This document shows positions 8,970 through 18,811 of a DNA stretch of 64,000 bases, piece after piece (position 1 is the first letter of the stretch; the number at the start of each line of letters is the position of its first letter). Under the pieces are notes generated by a model, which saw only the letters and a list, made by a program, of their open reading frames with translations, searched no databases and was not told the origin of the DNA. The stretch lies in assembly GCA_963677925.2 (NCBI GenBank), contig CAXXYH010000004.1, positions 1,632,001 to 1,696,000 of the forward strand, read 5' to 3'. The stretch is from Spirochaetia bacterium (GTDB lineage: Bacteria; Spirochaetota; Spirochaetia; UBA9216). Position numbers and translations under genes: made by a program.

Positions 8970-10883
8970 ATGAAAATCCGATATAAGCTCAGTATCCTGA
9001 TGGTACTCTATGTCGCAGGTATTGTTTCCTTTGCTATTCTTTCAGTATACAGCTGGAACCGGAATATGCAGATACAGGATTCGATAAACCTTGGTGTAGA
9101 GCTTCAGAAGGAGTCCCGGGAAGTAAAGAGTCTTATGAAAGATATTGTTTTCGATCTCTTTACTCCGAAGGTCTATGGACAGGTCCGATCACTGACTTAT
9201 TCTCCGCGTTCCGCTGTGACACTGAAGCAATGGCAGGAAGCTGTTCTCAAGTATAAAAAAACCTTCTCGGATTTCATGGGGCTTTCTGATCTGGTTAAAT
9301 CGGATGATGAGGTAATACGCGATCAGTATTTTACCGCTCTCATGATGAATGACAAGGCAATGGAGATGCTTGATAAGATGGAAAGCACTCTTTTCATTCT
9401 CCGTGAAAAATACCGGACCTCAGACAATCTTTACAATGAAATGCAGAAGAATGATTCACTCAATTCATTTTTCAGGGAATTTCAGGAAACCTCATATTAT
9501 TTTACCAACAGCTTTGAGAGTTTTATGAATTACTTCATTAAAACCCTTGAAGAGGAGGGGGCCCGTCTAAGGCGGGGGCTTACTACTTTTTTTATTGTCT
9601 CGGCTGTGCTGATCCTCTGTGTTTCCGTATTTCTGACACTATATATTGCAAGAGATCTGAGTCGAAAGCTGCTGAAGGTAGAGCAGTCGTTCCGGCAGGT
9701 TTCCCACGGAAACTTTTCAGTTCGTATAGATATCAGTTCCAAAGATGAGTTCGGGGCGTTTGCAACCACTTTTACCAATCTTGTCACGGATCTCAAAGAA
9801 AATGTAGACAGTATTCTTAATCTGACCAGAGATATAGGAGCCTTTATTACCGACGGCTCCGATCTTACAAATCTTCTTGATATTGTAGCCCAGGCTGTTA
9901 TTCAGGACACAACTGCAGATGCAGTTGTAATTTACCGTTTTGACCATGACGGAGCAGCAAGCCTTGATCTAAGCAAGGGGGCAGAGCAGAATGAAAAAGA
10001 TCTGGAGAAGATGCTTGGAATAATAAACCGGAGAATTATAAGACCCAACAGTCATTTTCTGTACAGGTCTGCAGCCGCACAGGTTTTCGATGACAGGTCT
10101 GTTCTTGATATGGAACTGGTAACCTCATTTCTTGCGGTACCGCTTGTTGTTCAGGGGCGGACTTTCGGGCTGCTGGTTTCTGTTAAGAATTCCGAGGATG
10201 ACCCGTTTTCCGATCTTGGTATCACAAGGCTTATGACATTTGCCGAATATGCCTCCCTGTCTATTGAAAATTTTCTTACATACAACGAGCTGCTTGAAAG
10301 ACGCGAGGCTCAGTACCAGGCCTTAAGCTCACAGGTTCAGCCGCATTTTATCTACAATGTCATGAGCGGGATTCTCGGGCTGAACAGCCGGGGTGATCGT
10401 GAGGCCATCCGCCGTACCATTGAAGCTCTTAAAGGGATGCTTCGCTACATACAGTCGGGCAACAGCTGGACATCTCTTGAGGAGGAGATTGATTTTATAA
10501 GACAGTATCTGCTTCTTCAGAAGATACGCTTCGGCGAGCGTCTTGATTTTGAGATTGATATAGATGATGAAATCAGGCATCTTCAGCTTCCCAGGCTTCT
10601 TCTTCAGCCTGTTGTTGAGAACGCGGTAATCCATGGCATTGAACCGCTTGAAGAGGGAGGTAAGCTTTTCATATATGCAAAAGCCGTCCGTCGCCGCGGT
10701 GAAATGCGGGCTGATATTACTATCAGTGATAACGGTACAGGCTTTATGGTGGAAAATCTTGAAACCGGAGCGAATATCGGTATAAGCAATGTAAGGCAGC
10801 GGCTCAATGTTGTTTTTCCTGAAGGCACATTCAGAATTCAAAGCAGTCCGGGGGCGGGAACTTCAGTGGAGCTGAAGATATGA
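8970..10883 (+). CDS. Sensor histidine kinase, YesM/LytS type (2 TM, HAMP, GAF-like, His kinase, HATPase)
   Basis: SQVQPHFIYN H-box, LQPVVENAVIHG N-box, DNGTG, GIGISNV; TTGCAG-17-TATGAT promoter at 8933-8961. Confidence 0.88.
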   Translation: MKIRYKLSILMVLYVAGIVSFAILSVYSWNRNMQIQDSINLGVELQKESREVKSLMKDIVFDLFTPKVYGQVRSLTYSPRSAVTLKQWQEAVLKYKKTFSDFMGLSDLVKSDDEVIRDQYFTALMMNDKAMEMLDKMESTLFILREKYRTSDNLYNEMQKNDSLNSFFREFQETSYYFTNSFESFMNYFIKTLEEEGARLRRGLTTFFIVSAVLILCVSVFLTLYIARDLSRKLLKVEQSFRQVSHGNFSVRIDISSKDEFGAFATTFTNLVTDLKENVDSILNLTRDIGAFITDGSDLTNLLDIVAQAVIQDTTADAVVIYRFDHDGAASLDLSKGAEQNEKDLEKMLGIINRRIIRPNSHFLYRSAAAQVFDDRSVLDMELVTSFLAVPLVVQGRTFGLLVSVKNSEDDPFSDLGITRLMTFAEYASLSIENFLTYNELLERREAQYQALSSQVQPHFIYNVMSGILGLNSRGDREAIRRTIEALKGMLRYIQSGNSWTSLEEEIDFIRQYLLLQKIRFGERLDFEIDIDDEIRHLQLPRLLLQPVVENAVIHGIEPLEEGGKLFIYAKAVRRRGEMRADITISDNGTGFMVENLETGANIGISNVRQRLNVVFPEGTFRIQSSPGAGTSVELKI

Positions 10884-12097
10884 AAATACTCATAGCTGAT
10901 GATGAAGAGCTTGTAAGGCTTGATATCAGAAATCAGCTTCTTGAAATTGAACCCGGATATGAAATTCATGAGGCTGTAAACGGGCGGGAGCTGATTCGCC
11001 TTGTAGATGAAATAAACCCCGATCTTTGCTTCGTCGATATCAGGATGCCCGGGATCTCGGGACTTGAAGCCATCGAGACCATCAGTGCGCAAAAGAAGGA
11101 TATCCTCTGGATAATACTCAGCGGATATTCAGAGTTTCAGTATGCAAGAAAAGCCATAAACCTGGGGGTTATGGATTATCTGCTTAAACCCGCGGCTGCA
11201 TCGGAATTGAAAGCTGTTATGATCAGAGCCGGGGAGAGGATAGAGCAGATTAAGGCAACACGGCTGCAGCTTTTTGAACAGAAGGTTTCCGCCGTCCTTA
11301 ATAATACACTTTCTGAAGAATTCGATACCTACTTTAACGGCACCGGTAGATTTTCCGGAATGGTTTTCTGCCTGTCCGCTTCCGATCAGCAGCCTTCGGC
11401 GGAAATATTCAACATGAAATTTTCAGAACTTAGAAGCGATATTTATAAAATTGATCACAGGCACCTCATTGCTGTAGTTGTGCTCCAGGATGGCAGTCCG
11501 GCTCTTATAACAAGCGGTGCTGATCCTGAAAGGCTTGTAAAAACAATTGCCGGAAAGCTGGAGGATACGGACGCATTTTTCCATTCCATGGTTTTAATTC
11601 CGGAAAACGAATCACTTGCAGGCCTGATTGCCGACATCGAAAAGATTGATGATTACTCCTCAGTAGAGGTGCTGCTCAGCGGACAGAGAATCTATTCTCT
11701 CGGTGAACTTATTTATGCCGGAGAGTCAAAACCTTCCGTATCGGCTGCTCCGGCGGATACTGCCGAAATAAGCGACAGATCGGTCCGCCTGGTCAGGCAG
11801 GCTGAGGTTCTTGTACGTGAGAAGTATATGGAAGCTGTCGGTGTAGCTCAAATTGCAGATCTTTTGAATGTGACACCCAACTATTTAAGCTCGATATTTA
11901 AAAAACACAAGGCCATGCCGTTTACCAGGTTTATAACCGACATCCGTCTGGAAGAGGCTTCCAGAAAGCTCAGCGAACCGGGAGTTACTGTAAAAGAAGT
12001 CGCAACCGGTCTGGGATATCAGTCAAGCAGGCATTTCGCGCGGCTGTTTAAGGAAAAATACGGGAAATCTCCGTCTGATTTTATTGCAGGATCGTAG
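10880..12097 (+). CDS. Response regulator with C-terminal AraC HTH (YesN type)
   Basis: ILIADDE, DIRMPGISGL, YLLKP; C-terminal VATGLGYQSSRHFARLFKEKYGKSP. Confidence 0.9.
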   Translation: MKILIADDEELVRLDIRNQLLEIEPGYEIHEAVNGRELIRLVDEINPDLCFVDIRMPGISGLEAIETISAQKKDILWIILSGYSEFQYARKAINLGVMDYLLKPAAASELKAVMIRAGERIEQIKATRLQLFEQKVSAVLNNTLSEEFDTYFNGTGRFSGMVFCLSASDQQPSAEIFNMKFSELRSDIYKIDHRHLIAVVVLQDGSPALITSGADPERLVKTIAGKLEDTDAFFHSMVLIPENESLAGLIADIEKIDDYSSVEVLLSGQRIYSLGELIYAGESKPSVSAAPADTAEISDRSVRLVRQAEVLVREKYMEAVGVAQIADLLNVTPNYLSSIFKKHKAMPFTRFITDIRLEEASRKLSEPGVTVKEVATGLGYQSSRHFARLFKEKYGKSPSDFIAGS

Positions 12098-12157
12098 ATT
12101 TAGATCCCTTTTCGTAGATTACCGTCCTAACACATACACGATCATCAGGTTTAAAAT
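12092..12157 (+). promoter_or_regulatory. Activator-type direct repeat and -10 box upstream of the rhamnose ABC operon
   Basis: TCGTAGATT-N4-TCC at 12092 and 12112 (20-bp period); TAAAAT at 12152-12157 with no good -35. Confidence 0.65.
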
Positions 12158-12194
12158 TATTAATAAATACTTATAGAGGTTAAAGGAGAGTATT

Positions 12195-13211
12195 ATGAAA
12201 AAACTGCTTGTACTTTTGACAGTTTTTGCTCTGGTGAGCGGTCTTGCCTTCGCAGGCGGACAGAAAGAAGCAGCTGCCGGCGGCGAACAGCTTAAGCTTG
12301 TTCTGCTTGTTAAGAGTCTTGGAAACGGATTCTTCGAAGCATGTGCAGACGGCGGAAAGGAAGCCGCAGCAGAACTCGGAAATGTTGAATCAATTTATAT
12401 GGGACCAAGTTCAGCTACTGCTGAAGGCCAGATTGATATTATTGAAACCCTGATTGCTCAGAAGGTTGACGGTATAGCTATCTCAGCTAATGATGCTGAT
12501 GCGCTCATTCCTGTTGCAAAAAAAGCAATGAAAGCAGGAATCAAGGTTATTTCTTTTGACTCCGGTATCAATCCCGGCGGAAGAATTGCAGACCTCGTAC
12601 CTTCAGTTACAGAACTCATCGGAAGACAGCAGGTTAAACTTATTGCTGAACTCTGTGATTACAAGGGTGACATAGGTATAGTTTCAGCTACCTCACAGGC
12701 TACAAACCAGAATGCATGGATTGAATGGATGTACGAAGAAGTCAAAAAACCGGAATACAAAGACATGAAAATTGTTGAAGTAGTGTACGGTGATGATGCT
12801 GCAGATAAGAGCTACAGAGAAGCTGTAGGCCTCATGCAGAAATATCCCAACCTTGCAGGTATAATTTCTCCGACAACCGTTGGTGTTCTTGCATCAGCAA
12901 AGGCTATTGAAGATGAAGGAAAGCAGGGCAAGGTTCAGCTTACCGGTCTTGGTCTTCCTTCAGAAATGCAGCACTACGTAGAAAACGGAACCTGCGGTCA
13001 GATGGCTCTCTGGAATCCGGTAGATCTCGGTTATACATCAACCTATATTCTTGAAGCTCTTGCTACCGGCAAGATTGAGGGTAACCCCGGTGATGTAGTT
13101 AAGGCCGGAAGAATGGGTGACATAACAATCGGTGAAAACGGTGTTACAGTTATGGGCGAACCCTTCGTATTCAACAAGGACAACATAGCCACATATGCGG
13201 CAATGTTCTAA
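12195..13211 (+). CDS. Rhamnose ABC transporter substrate-binding protein
   Basis: VKSLGNGFF, AIAISAND-like, ISFDSG, ATNQNAWI, TGLGLPSEM, LWNPVDLGY match the RhaS-type binding protein family. Confidence 0.9.
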   Translation: MKKLLVLLTVFALVSGLAFAGGQKEAAAGGEQLKLVLLVKSLGNGFFEACADGGKEAAAELGNVESIYMGPSSATAEGQIDIIETLIAQKVDGIAISANDADALIPVAKKAMKAGIKVISFDSGINPGGRIADLVPSVTELIGRQQVKLIAELCDYKGDIGIVSATSQATNQNAWIEWMYEEVKKPEYKDMKIVEVVYGDDAADKSYREAVGLMQKYPNLAGIISPTTVGVLASAKAIEDEGKQGKVQLTGLGLPSEMQHYVENGTCGQMALWNPVDLGYTSTYILEALATGKIEGNPGDVVKAGRMGDITIGENGVTVMGEPFVFNKDNIATYAAMF

Positions 13212-13230
13212 ACACAATCAATAATTTAAT

Positions 13231-13262
13231 GAAGCAGACCTTAAAAGGGTCTGCTTCTTTTT
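13231..13262 (+). terminator. Intra-operon hairpin with U-tract after the binding-protein gene
   Basis: GAAGCAGACCTT-AAGGGTCTGCTTC followed by a T run. Confidence 0.7.
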
Positions 13263-13276
13263 CTAAGGAGTTTCAG

Positions 13277-14788
13277 TTGGGTGAATCTATTTTAGAACTC
13301 AGAAACATCACAAAATATTTTCCCGGAATCAAAGCGCTGGACGGTGTTAATCTTAATATACGTCCCGGAGAGGTTCATGCACTTATCGGAGAGAACGGTG
13401 CAGGCAAATCCACCCTTGTAAAGATTCTGACAGGAGTCTATTCTCCGACATCCGGAGATATTATCTACAAAGGCGAACCCGCTGCTTTTAAAAATGCAAT
13501 TGAAGCTCAGGAAGCAGGCATTACCGCCATTCATCAGGAAGCCTCAATGTTTTCAGAACTTTCCGTTACAGAAAACATCTATATGGGGCATCATTTACGG
13601 GGCAGGGGCATCGGAAAGATAAACTGGTCCGCAATGAAGAAGAATACCAAGGCCCTTCTGGATCGGATGGAGCTTAATATAAATCCTGACACACTCGTAA
13701 AGAATCTGGGAACTGCTCAGAGGCATATGGTTGAAATAGCAAAGGCGCTGTCAATCGATGCTGAAGTCGTTATCATGGATGAACCAACTTCAGCACTGAC
13801 CCTCAGAGAAGTTGAAGACCTTTACAAGATTGTCAGGCAGCTTAAGGCCGACGGGAAGGCAATAATTTTTATTTCCCACAAGTTTGAAGAGATTTTTGAT
13901 GTCTGTGATTATTTTACTGTTCTGCGGGACGGGCGCTATATCGGTGAAGGTAAGGTTTCGGAGCACACAGTAGATGATATTGTAAAGATGATGGTCGGTC
14001 GAAGCCTTGATCAGATGTTTCCGAAGAAGGATGTTGAACCCGGTGAAGAGGTTCTCAAGGTTGACGGGCTCTCAAATGAGGGTGTTTTCAAAGATATTTC
14101 GTTCAGCCTCAGGAAGGGAGAAATCCTCGGCTTTTTCGGTCTTGTCGGCGCAGGCCGGACCGAAGTAATGCGGGCCATTTTCGGTATCGATAAAAAGACA
14201 GGCGGAGAAATTACCCTGTTCGGTCAGAAATTCAATCCCGGTTCAGCCGGTGACGCAATGAAGAAAAAAATAGCCTATGTACCGGAAGACCGTCAGACTC
14301 AGGGTGTTATCCTTGAGATGAGCATAGGCAAGAATATAACACTTCCCCAGATAGATATGATAAGCACTCTCGGCTACCTCAAATCTTCGACAGAAAAGCA
14401 GATAACACAGGAATACGGCAGCATGATGGAAATAAAGGCAGCCGGATGGAATGTGGATGCTGATACTCTCTCCGGAGGAAACCAGCAGAAGGTTGTTCTT
14501 GCCAAATGGCTTGCAACAAAACCGCAGATTCTTATCCTCGATGAACCTACAAAGGGTATTGATGTGGCCACGAAAGCTGCCGTGCATAAATTTGTGTCCG
14601 AGCTGGCAGCTGAGGGACTGGCGGTAATCATGGTTTCATCGGAACTTCCGGAGGTCCTCGGTATGTCGGACAGGATTATCGTCATGCATGAGGGTGAAAT
14701 GACCGCCGAGTTTAAACGTGATGAAGCTGATTCCGACAACATAATCAAGGCCGCTACCGGTCATATTGAAGCCGGAGGAGAGAAATGA
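13277..14788 (+). CDS. Sugar ABC transporter ATP-binding protein (two ABC domains); start moved to TTG 13277
   Basis: GENGAGKST, MDEPT, LSGGNQQK, LDEPTKGID; AAGGAG upstream of 13277. Confidence 0.92.
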   Translation: MGESILELRNITKYFPGIKALDGVNLNIRPGEVHALIGENGAGKSTLVKILTGVYSPTSGDIIYKGEPAAFKNAIEAQEAGITAIHQEASMFSELSVTENIYMGHHLRGRGIGKINWSAMKKNTKALLDRMELNINPDTLVKNLGTAQRHMVEIAKALSIDAEVVIMDEPTSALTLREVEDLYKIVRQLKADGKAIIFISHKFEEIFDVCDYFTVLRDGRYIGEGKVSEHTVDDIVKMMVGRSLDQMFPKKDVEPGEEVLKVDGLSNEGVFKDISFSLRKGEILGFFGLVGAGRTEVMRAIFGIDKKTGGEITLFGQKFNPGSAGDAMKKKIAYVPEDRQTQGVILEMSIGKNITLPQIDMISTLGYLKSSTEKQITQEYGSMMEIKAAGWNVDADTLSGGNQQKVVLAKWLATKPQILILDEPTKGIDVATKAAVHKFVSELAAEGLAVIMVSSELPEVLGMSDRIIVMHEGEMTAEFKRDEADSDNIIKAATGHIEAGGEK

Positions 14789-15768
14789 CAAAGATTAAAC
14801 AGCTGGCAGCCAGGCGTGAAGCCACTCTGATCGTTCTGATTGTGCTGCTCACTATTATCGTAACAGCCAGGGCCCCAGGATTTATCAAGGGCGAGAATAT
14901 AAACAGGATTATCAATGATACCTCGATCCTGATCATGGTTGCCATAGGTCAGTTTTTTGTAATACTTACAGGCGGTATCGATCTTTCAGTAGGGTCAATA
15001 ATTGCCTTTGCAGGTATGGCAGCTTCCATGCTCAACCAGTATTACCCGGCCGTCCCGGTTTTTGTCGTACTGCTTTTCGGAACAGTAATAGGACTGGGAC
15101 TCGGCGCAATCAACGGAGCAGTAGTTACCTTCGGCAAGGTTCCGCCAATTATTGCAACCCTGGGCACAATGAGTATATACCGCGGATTCACTTTTGTTCT
15201 CAGCCGCGGCCAGTGGGTTACAGCCCATGAGATGTCTGAAAACTACATGGCTCTTCCTCACGGAAGCTTTCTGGGTATTACCAACCTGATATGGTCCGCA
15301 ATTATTGTAGTCGCCATTACATATTACTTCAGCAGATACTCACGCTCAGGCCGCGAAATATATGCAATCGGCGGAAACAAGACCGCTGCAAAGTTTGTCG
15401 GTGTAAGCGTGAAAAAGGTGAACATGATCATTTTCTCCATCAGCGGCCTTCTCTGCGGGCTTGCCGGGGTAATGTGGACGTCAAGATATGCCGCGGCTGT
15501 GAATGAAACTGCAAGCGGTTTTGAGCTTCAGACTGTAGCCGCCTGTGTTCTCGGCGGTGTAAATATTGCCGGAGGCGCCGGCGCCATTCCCGGAGTTGTT
15601 CTCGGTGCTCTTTTCCTGGGAATTATCAACAATGCGCTTCCGGTAGTTAACCTGTCGCCTTTCTTTCAGATGTTGATACAGGGTGTTGTTGTTCTTGCTG
15701 CAATGCTTATCAATACTTTAATGGACCAGAAGCAGGATAAGGCAGCATTGAAAAGGAGAGCAAGCTGA
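14785..15768 (+). CDS. Sugar ABC transporter permease
   Basis: GGIDLSVGS, GREIYAIGGN..AA, ELQTVAACVLGG. Confidence 0.92.
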   Translation: MTKIKQLAARREATLIVLIVLLTIIVTARAPGFIKGENINRIINDTSILIMVAIGQFFVILTGGIDLSVGSIIAFAGMAASMLNQYYPAVPVFVVLLFGTVIGLGLGAINGAVVTFGKVPPIIATLGTMSIYRGFTFVLSRGQWVTAHEMSENYMALPHGSFLGITNLIWSAIIVVAITYYFSRYSRSGREIYAIGGNKTAAKFVGVSVKKVNMIIFSISGLLCGLAGVMWTSRYAAAVNETASGFELQTVAACVLGGVNIAGGAGAIPGVVLGALFLGIINNALPVVNLSPFFQMLIQGVVVLAAMLINTLMDQKQDKAALKRRAS

Positions 15769-16808
15769 TGAGTGACAGAAACAGCCTTGTAGACGGCTCA
15801 AGATTAATTAACGAAAACAGCCTTAAAAGCCGTCTCGGCAATCTTATAGTACAGTGGGAATTTATACTGGTTATAATGTTTATAGCTGAAGTTATCCTCT
15901 TCAGCAGTATAACCCCATATTTTCTTGATTATTTCAACCTGATGAATGCCACATTCACTTTTATGGAAAAAGCAATTCTGGCGCTTCCGATGATCTTTGT
16001 AATTATGTCAGGTGATATTGATATTTCGGTTGCAGCCATCATAGCCCTGTGTTCTTTTGCAATGGGCTTCGGAGCCGACGCAGGGATGAGTGCCGGAACA
16101 ATAACTGTTATCGGTCTTCTTGTAGGTGCTCTTTCCGGAGCCTTCAACGGCTTTTTCATCACAAGATTCGGAATGCCGGCGATTGCGGTAACCCTTGCAA
16201 CATCCTCGCTTTTCAGGGGGATCTCGCAGGCAATACTGGAAGACAAAGCTTACACTGTATACCCCGAATCCTTCGCATACTTCGGACAGGGCTATGTAGG
16301 CGACAGTCTGGTCCCCTTTGAGCTGCTTCTATTTATAATTCTCGCCGCAGTAATGGGTTATGTTCTTCATAAGACTACCTACGGTAGAAAGCTGTACGCG
16401 ATTGGAAACTCAAGTTCAGCCGCCAGGTTTTCAGGCATAAAGGTAAACCGGATTCGTTTTATCAATTTTACACTCAACGGACTTTTTGCAGGAATTTCTG
16501 CTGTTCTTCTTACTTCGAGAATAGGCAGTACAAGGCCAAATATCGCCACCGGTTTTGAGCTGGAGGCAATTGCCCTTGTAGTTCTGGGCGGTGTTGCAAT
16601 TACCGGAGGAAAGGGAAATATCTTCGGTGTTATAGTGGCCACCTTCTTTATCGGATACCTGAAGTTCGGTATGGGGCTGCTGAATCTTTCGGCCAAGGTG
16701 ATGATAATTACAACCGGTCTCCTGCTGATTATTGCTGTACTTCTTCCCGGAGTTCTTGATGCAATTAAGAGCAGAAGGAAGCTTCTGCGACAGCAGAAGG
16801 AGGACTGA
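15768..16808 (+). CDS. Sugar ABC transporter permease
   Basis: [35 protein letters not shown]. Confidence 0.92.
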   Translation: MSDRNSLVDGSRLINENSLKSRLGNLIVQWEFILVIMFIAEVILFSSITPYFLDYFNLMNATFTFMEKAILALPMIFVIMSGDIDISVAAIIALCSFAMGFGADAGMSAGTITVIGLLVGALSGAFNGFFITRFGMPAIAVTLATSSLFRGISQAILEDKAYTVYPESFAYFGQGYVGDSLVPFELLLFIILAAVMGYVLHKTTYGRKLYAIGNSSSAARFSGIKVNRIRFINFTLNGLFAGISAVLLTSRIGSTRPNIATGFELEAIALVVLGGVAITGGKGNIFGVIVATFFIGYLKFGMGLLNLSAKVMIITTGLLLIIAVLLPGVLDAIKSRRKLLRQQKED

Positions 16809-16809
16809 T

Positions 16810-17127
16810 TTGACTGAAAGGCTTGCCTTTAAAATGAAACTGAAGCCGGGGATGGCGGAGGAGTATAAGGCTCGGCATGATGCAATCTGGCCGGAACTGG
16901 TCGGGCTGCTCAAGGATGCGGGAGTCTCTGATTATTCTATATTCCTGGATGAGGAGACTAGTACGCTCTTTGCTGTCCAGAAATCCTCCGGTGAAGGCGG
17001 CAGTCAGGACCTTGGTGCAAATCCTGTTGTTCACCGATGGTGGGAATATATGGCCGATATTATGGATACAAATCCGGACAATTCACCGGTAAGTATTCCG
17101 CTTAAGGAAGTTTTTTATCTGGAGTAG
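16810..17127 (+). CDS. rhaM: L-rhamnose mutarotase; start moved to TTG 16810
   Basis: [44 protein letters not shown]; AGGAGG upstream. Confidence 0.95.
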   Translation: MTERLAFKMKLKPGMAEEYKARHDAIWPELVGLLKDAGVSDYSIFLDEETSTLFAVQKSSGEGGSQDLGANPVVHRWWEYMADIMDTNPDNSPVSIPLKEVFYLE

Positions 17128-17166
17128 CCGCCGGATGCATGCTGCGGCAGTCCCCGATTTAATGGC

Positions 17167-17203
17167 GCTCAATACGGCTGTATTTAACTCAGCCGTATTG
17201 AGT
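17167..17203. terminator. Long inverted repeat between convergent rhaM and the PqqD gene
   Basis: GCTCAATACGGCTG / CAGCCGTATTGAGT. Confidence 0.55.
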
Positions 17204-17217
17204 GGAGCCCCATTGGT

Positions 17218-17499
17218 TTAGTAGTCGATTAGTTTTTTGGATCTGCAGTCTTCAAGAAACAGCTTAAGATCGTTTACAAGTACTTCTTCTTCAATACCGT
17301 AATCTTTCATGAGCCCGGAAATGATTCCATCAGTATCCAGACCTTTAGTCAGCATCTTCCATATCTCCATGCCTGTTTCCCTGAATGTGTGAATTTCATC
17401 ACTGCCGGCAATTACAACTACTACTTCATCACCCAGGTCTCTTTCGCTCAGGTTGGGGGCTATATTCACTTTTCGGGGAAGTATATTTTCAGTGTTCAT
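17218..17499 (-). CDS. PqqD-family protein (RiPP recognition element)
   Basis: 93 aa; RDLGDEVVVV...IHTFRETGMEIWKML...LMKDYGIEEEVLVNDLKLFLEDC...LI is the PqqD pattern; AGGAG SD. Confidence 0.85.
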   Translation of the reverse strand: MNTENILPRKVNIAPNLSERDLGDEVVVVIAGSDEIHTFRETGMEIWKMLTKGLDTDGIISGLMKDYGIEEEVLVNDLKLFLEDCRSKKLIDY

Positions 17500-17520
17500 T
17501 TTTAATCTCCTGTTATCAGC

Positions 17521-18363
17521 TCAGTCTGAAATCCGTTCAATCACTTTCCAGAATCCGGGATCCTTTCTGAAGCTCAGCTCGTATACCGGAACCCTTCGGC
17601 ATAATTCAGAGGCAATATCTATCTGCTTAAGGTAATCCTCGCTCTGCATAAAATCACCAACACCTACCGGCGGAATCAGCTGGGATGCAATTAGCTTGAT
17701 CGGGGTCGCACCGCTTACCGGAACAATGCCGTGCTCAGCTGCTTTTTTCAGAATGAAAATACCTGCAAGCGGGGCACTGCCGGACTCCTTGATTCTATAT
17801 AATCCATTGAAGGGGGTTGAAACAAGTTCGGGTTCAGAGTTGCTGAGGTCGGCGATGCATATTTCGTCATTTATAATTTTATAATCGGAAGAAAGGGCCG
17901 CTGCGGTTGATTTGCCGGCCTCAGATGCTCCGACAAACAGATAGCCCCGGCTGTCCTTTATAACGCCGCTGGAATGTACAAGCGGCATTGAGCCGTACGA
18001 TTCTCCGCAGGCAGTCACATAGGCCTGATAGATAATCTGCTCAAACACTCTTGAGGCGGAAGTTTCAACAAGTACAGGGTGGATCAGAAGTTCTGCAGTT
18101 TTTCTTTCGGGAGTGTACTTGCCCGACATCATGCCGCCTTCGATAGTGAATCCGTCACCATCCCGGCGTTTTGAATGAAACAGAGAATCGGGGACAATAT
18201 CAATTTCAGTACTGCGGTCCATCAGCCTTATTTTCAGCCGGACATCAGGAGCAGCATCGCTGTTTTGTCCCATAAAGTACTCAAGCATGTTATCTCTGAG
18301 CCATCGATTTCTGAAATCAAGACAGACTGTTTTTCCGCCTGCCTTAAGGTTGAATTTAAACAC
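17521..18363 (-). CDS. HPr-kinase-related P-loop kinase (ScmC / lasso-kinase-like)
   Basis: VHSSGV...LFVGASEAGKST...INDE, STPF, PLAGIFIL, VPVYELSF. Confidence 0.75.
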   Translation of the reverse strand: MFKFNLKAGGKTVCLDFRNRWLRDNMLEYFMGQNSDAAPDVRLKIRLMDRSTEIDIVPDSLFHSKRRDGDGFTIEGGMMSGKYTPERKTAELLIHPVLVETSASRVFEQIIYQAYVTACGESYGSMPLVHSSGVIKDSRGYLFVGASEAGKSTAAALSSDYKIINDEICIADLSNSEPELVSTPFNGLYRIKESGSAPLAGIFILKKAAEHGIVPVSGATPIKLIASQLIPPVGVGDFMQSEDYLKQIDIASELCRRVPVYELSFRKDPGFWKVIERISD

Positions 18364-18811
18364 CTTTTATTATCCTTTTTAAAACAGCTTTGAAATCCCT
18401 CATTACGGTCAGGATTTGTGTTTTTACAAACCGGCGCCGGGCCTGTCCTGCTGTCCATTTCTTATCATCATATTCCGATATCCCGTCCTGACCGCTTCGT
18501 CTGCCGGATGTCACCCTTCCGATAATCCGGCTTACTGAAATCCACGAACCGTCAGTATTGCCGTCGCCCTTCTGGTATATCCTTCCTGAAAATATATTGA
18601 TAAAAAGTATACGGTGAAAGTAAATAATTCCGTTCTCATAAAAAACTGCAATCATTCCGGGTTTAAGTTCTGATTCAGCTTCTGTCCGGTCAAGAATCAG
18701 AATCTCAACCTCATCACCGGGCAGAAAACCGGGAGCCATGCTGCCGGAAAGTACCGGAACCCAGGCGCGCTCGCCGGGTTTCATTGAAAGAAGATTTACA
18801 GCTTCCGCCAT
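18356..18811 (-). CDS. S24/S26-family peptidase, soluble, Ser-His type
   Basis: SGSMAP..LPGD, HRI, QKGDGN, IIGRV; no N-terminal TM. Confidence 0.8.
   Translation of the reverse strand: MAEAVNLLSMKPGERAWVPVLSGSMAPGFLPGDEVEILILDRTEAESELKPGMIAVFYENGIIYFHRILFINIFSGRIYQKGDGNTDGSWISVSRIIGRVTSGRRSGQDGISEYDDKKWTAGQARRRFVKTQILTVMRDFKAVLKRIIKGV

Noticed and set aside
13229-13276. ORF-track N-terminal extension of the ABC ATPase (similar extensions at dctP, rhaM, fadD, gpsA, ectB and 40265)
   Set aside because: These extensions overlap terminators, promoters or neighbouring genes; downstream starts have better SD sequences or family-typical N-termini.
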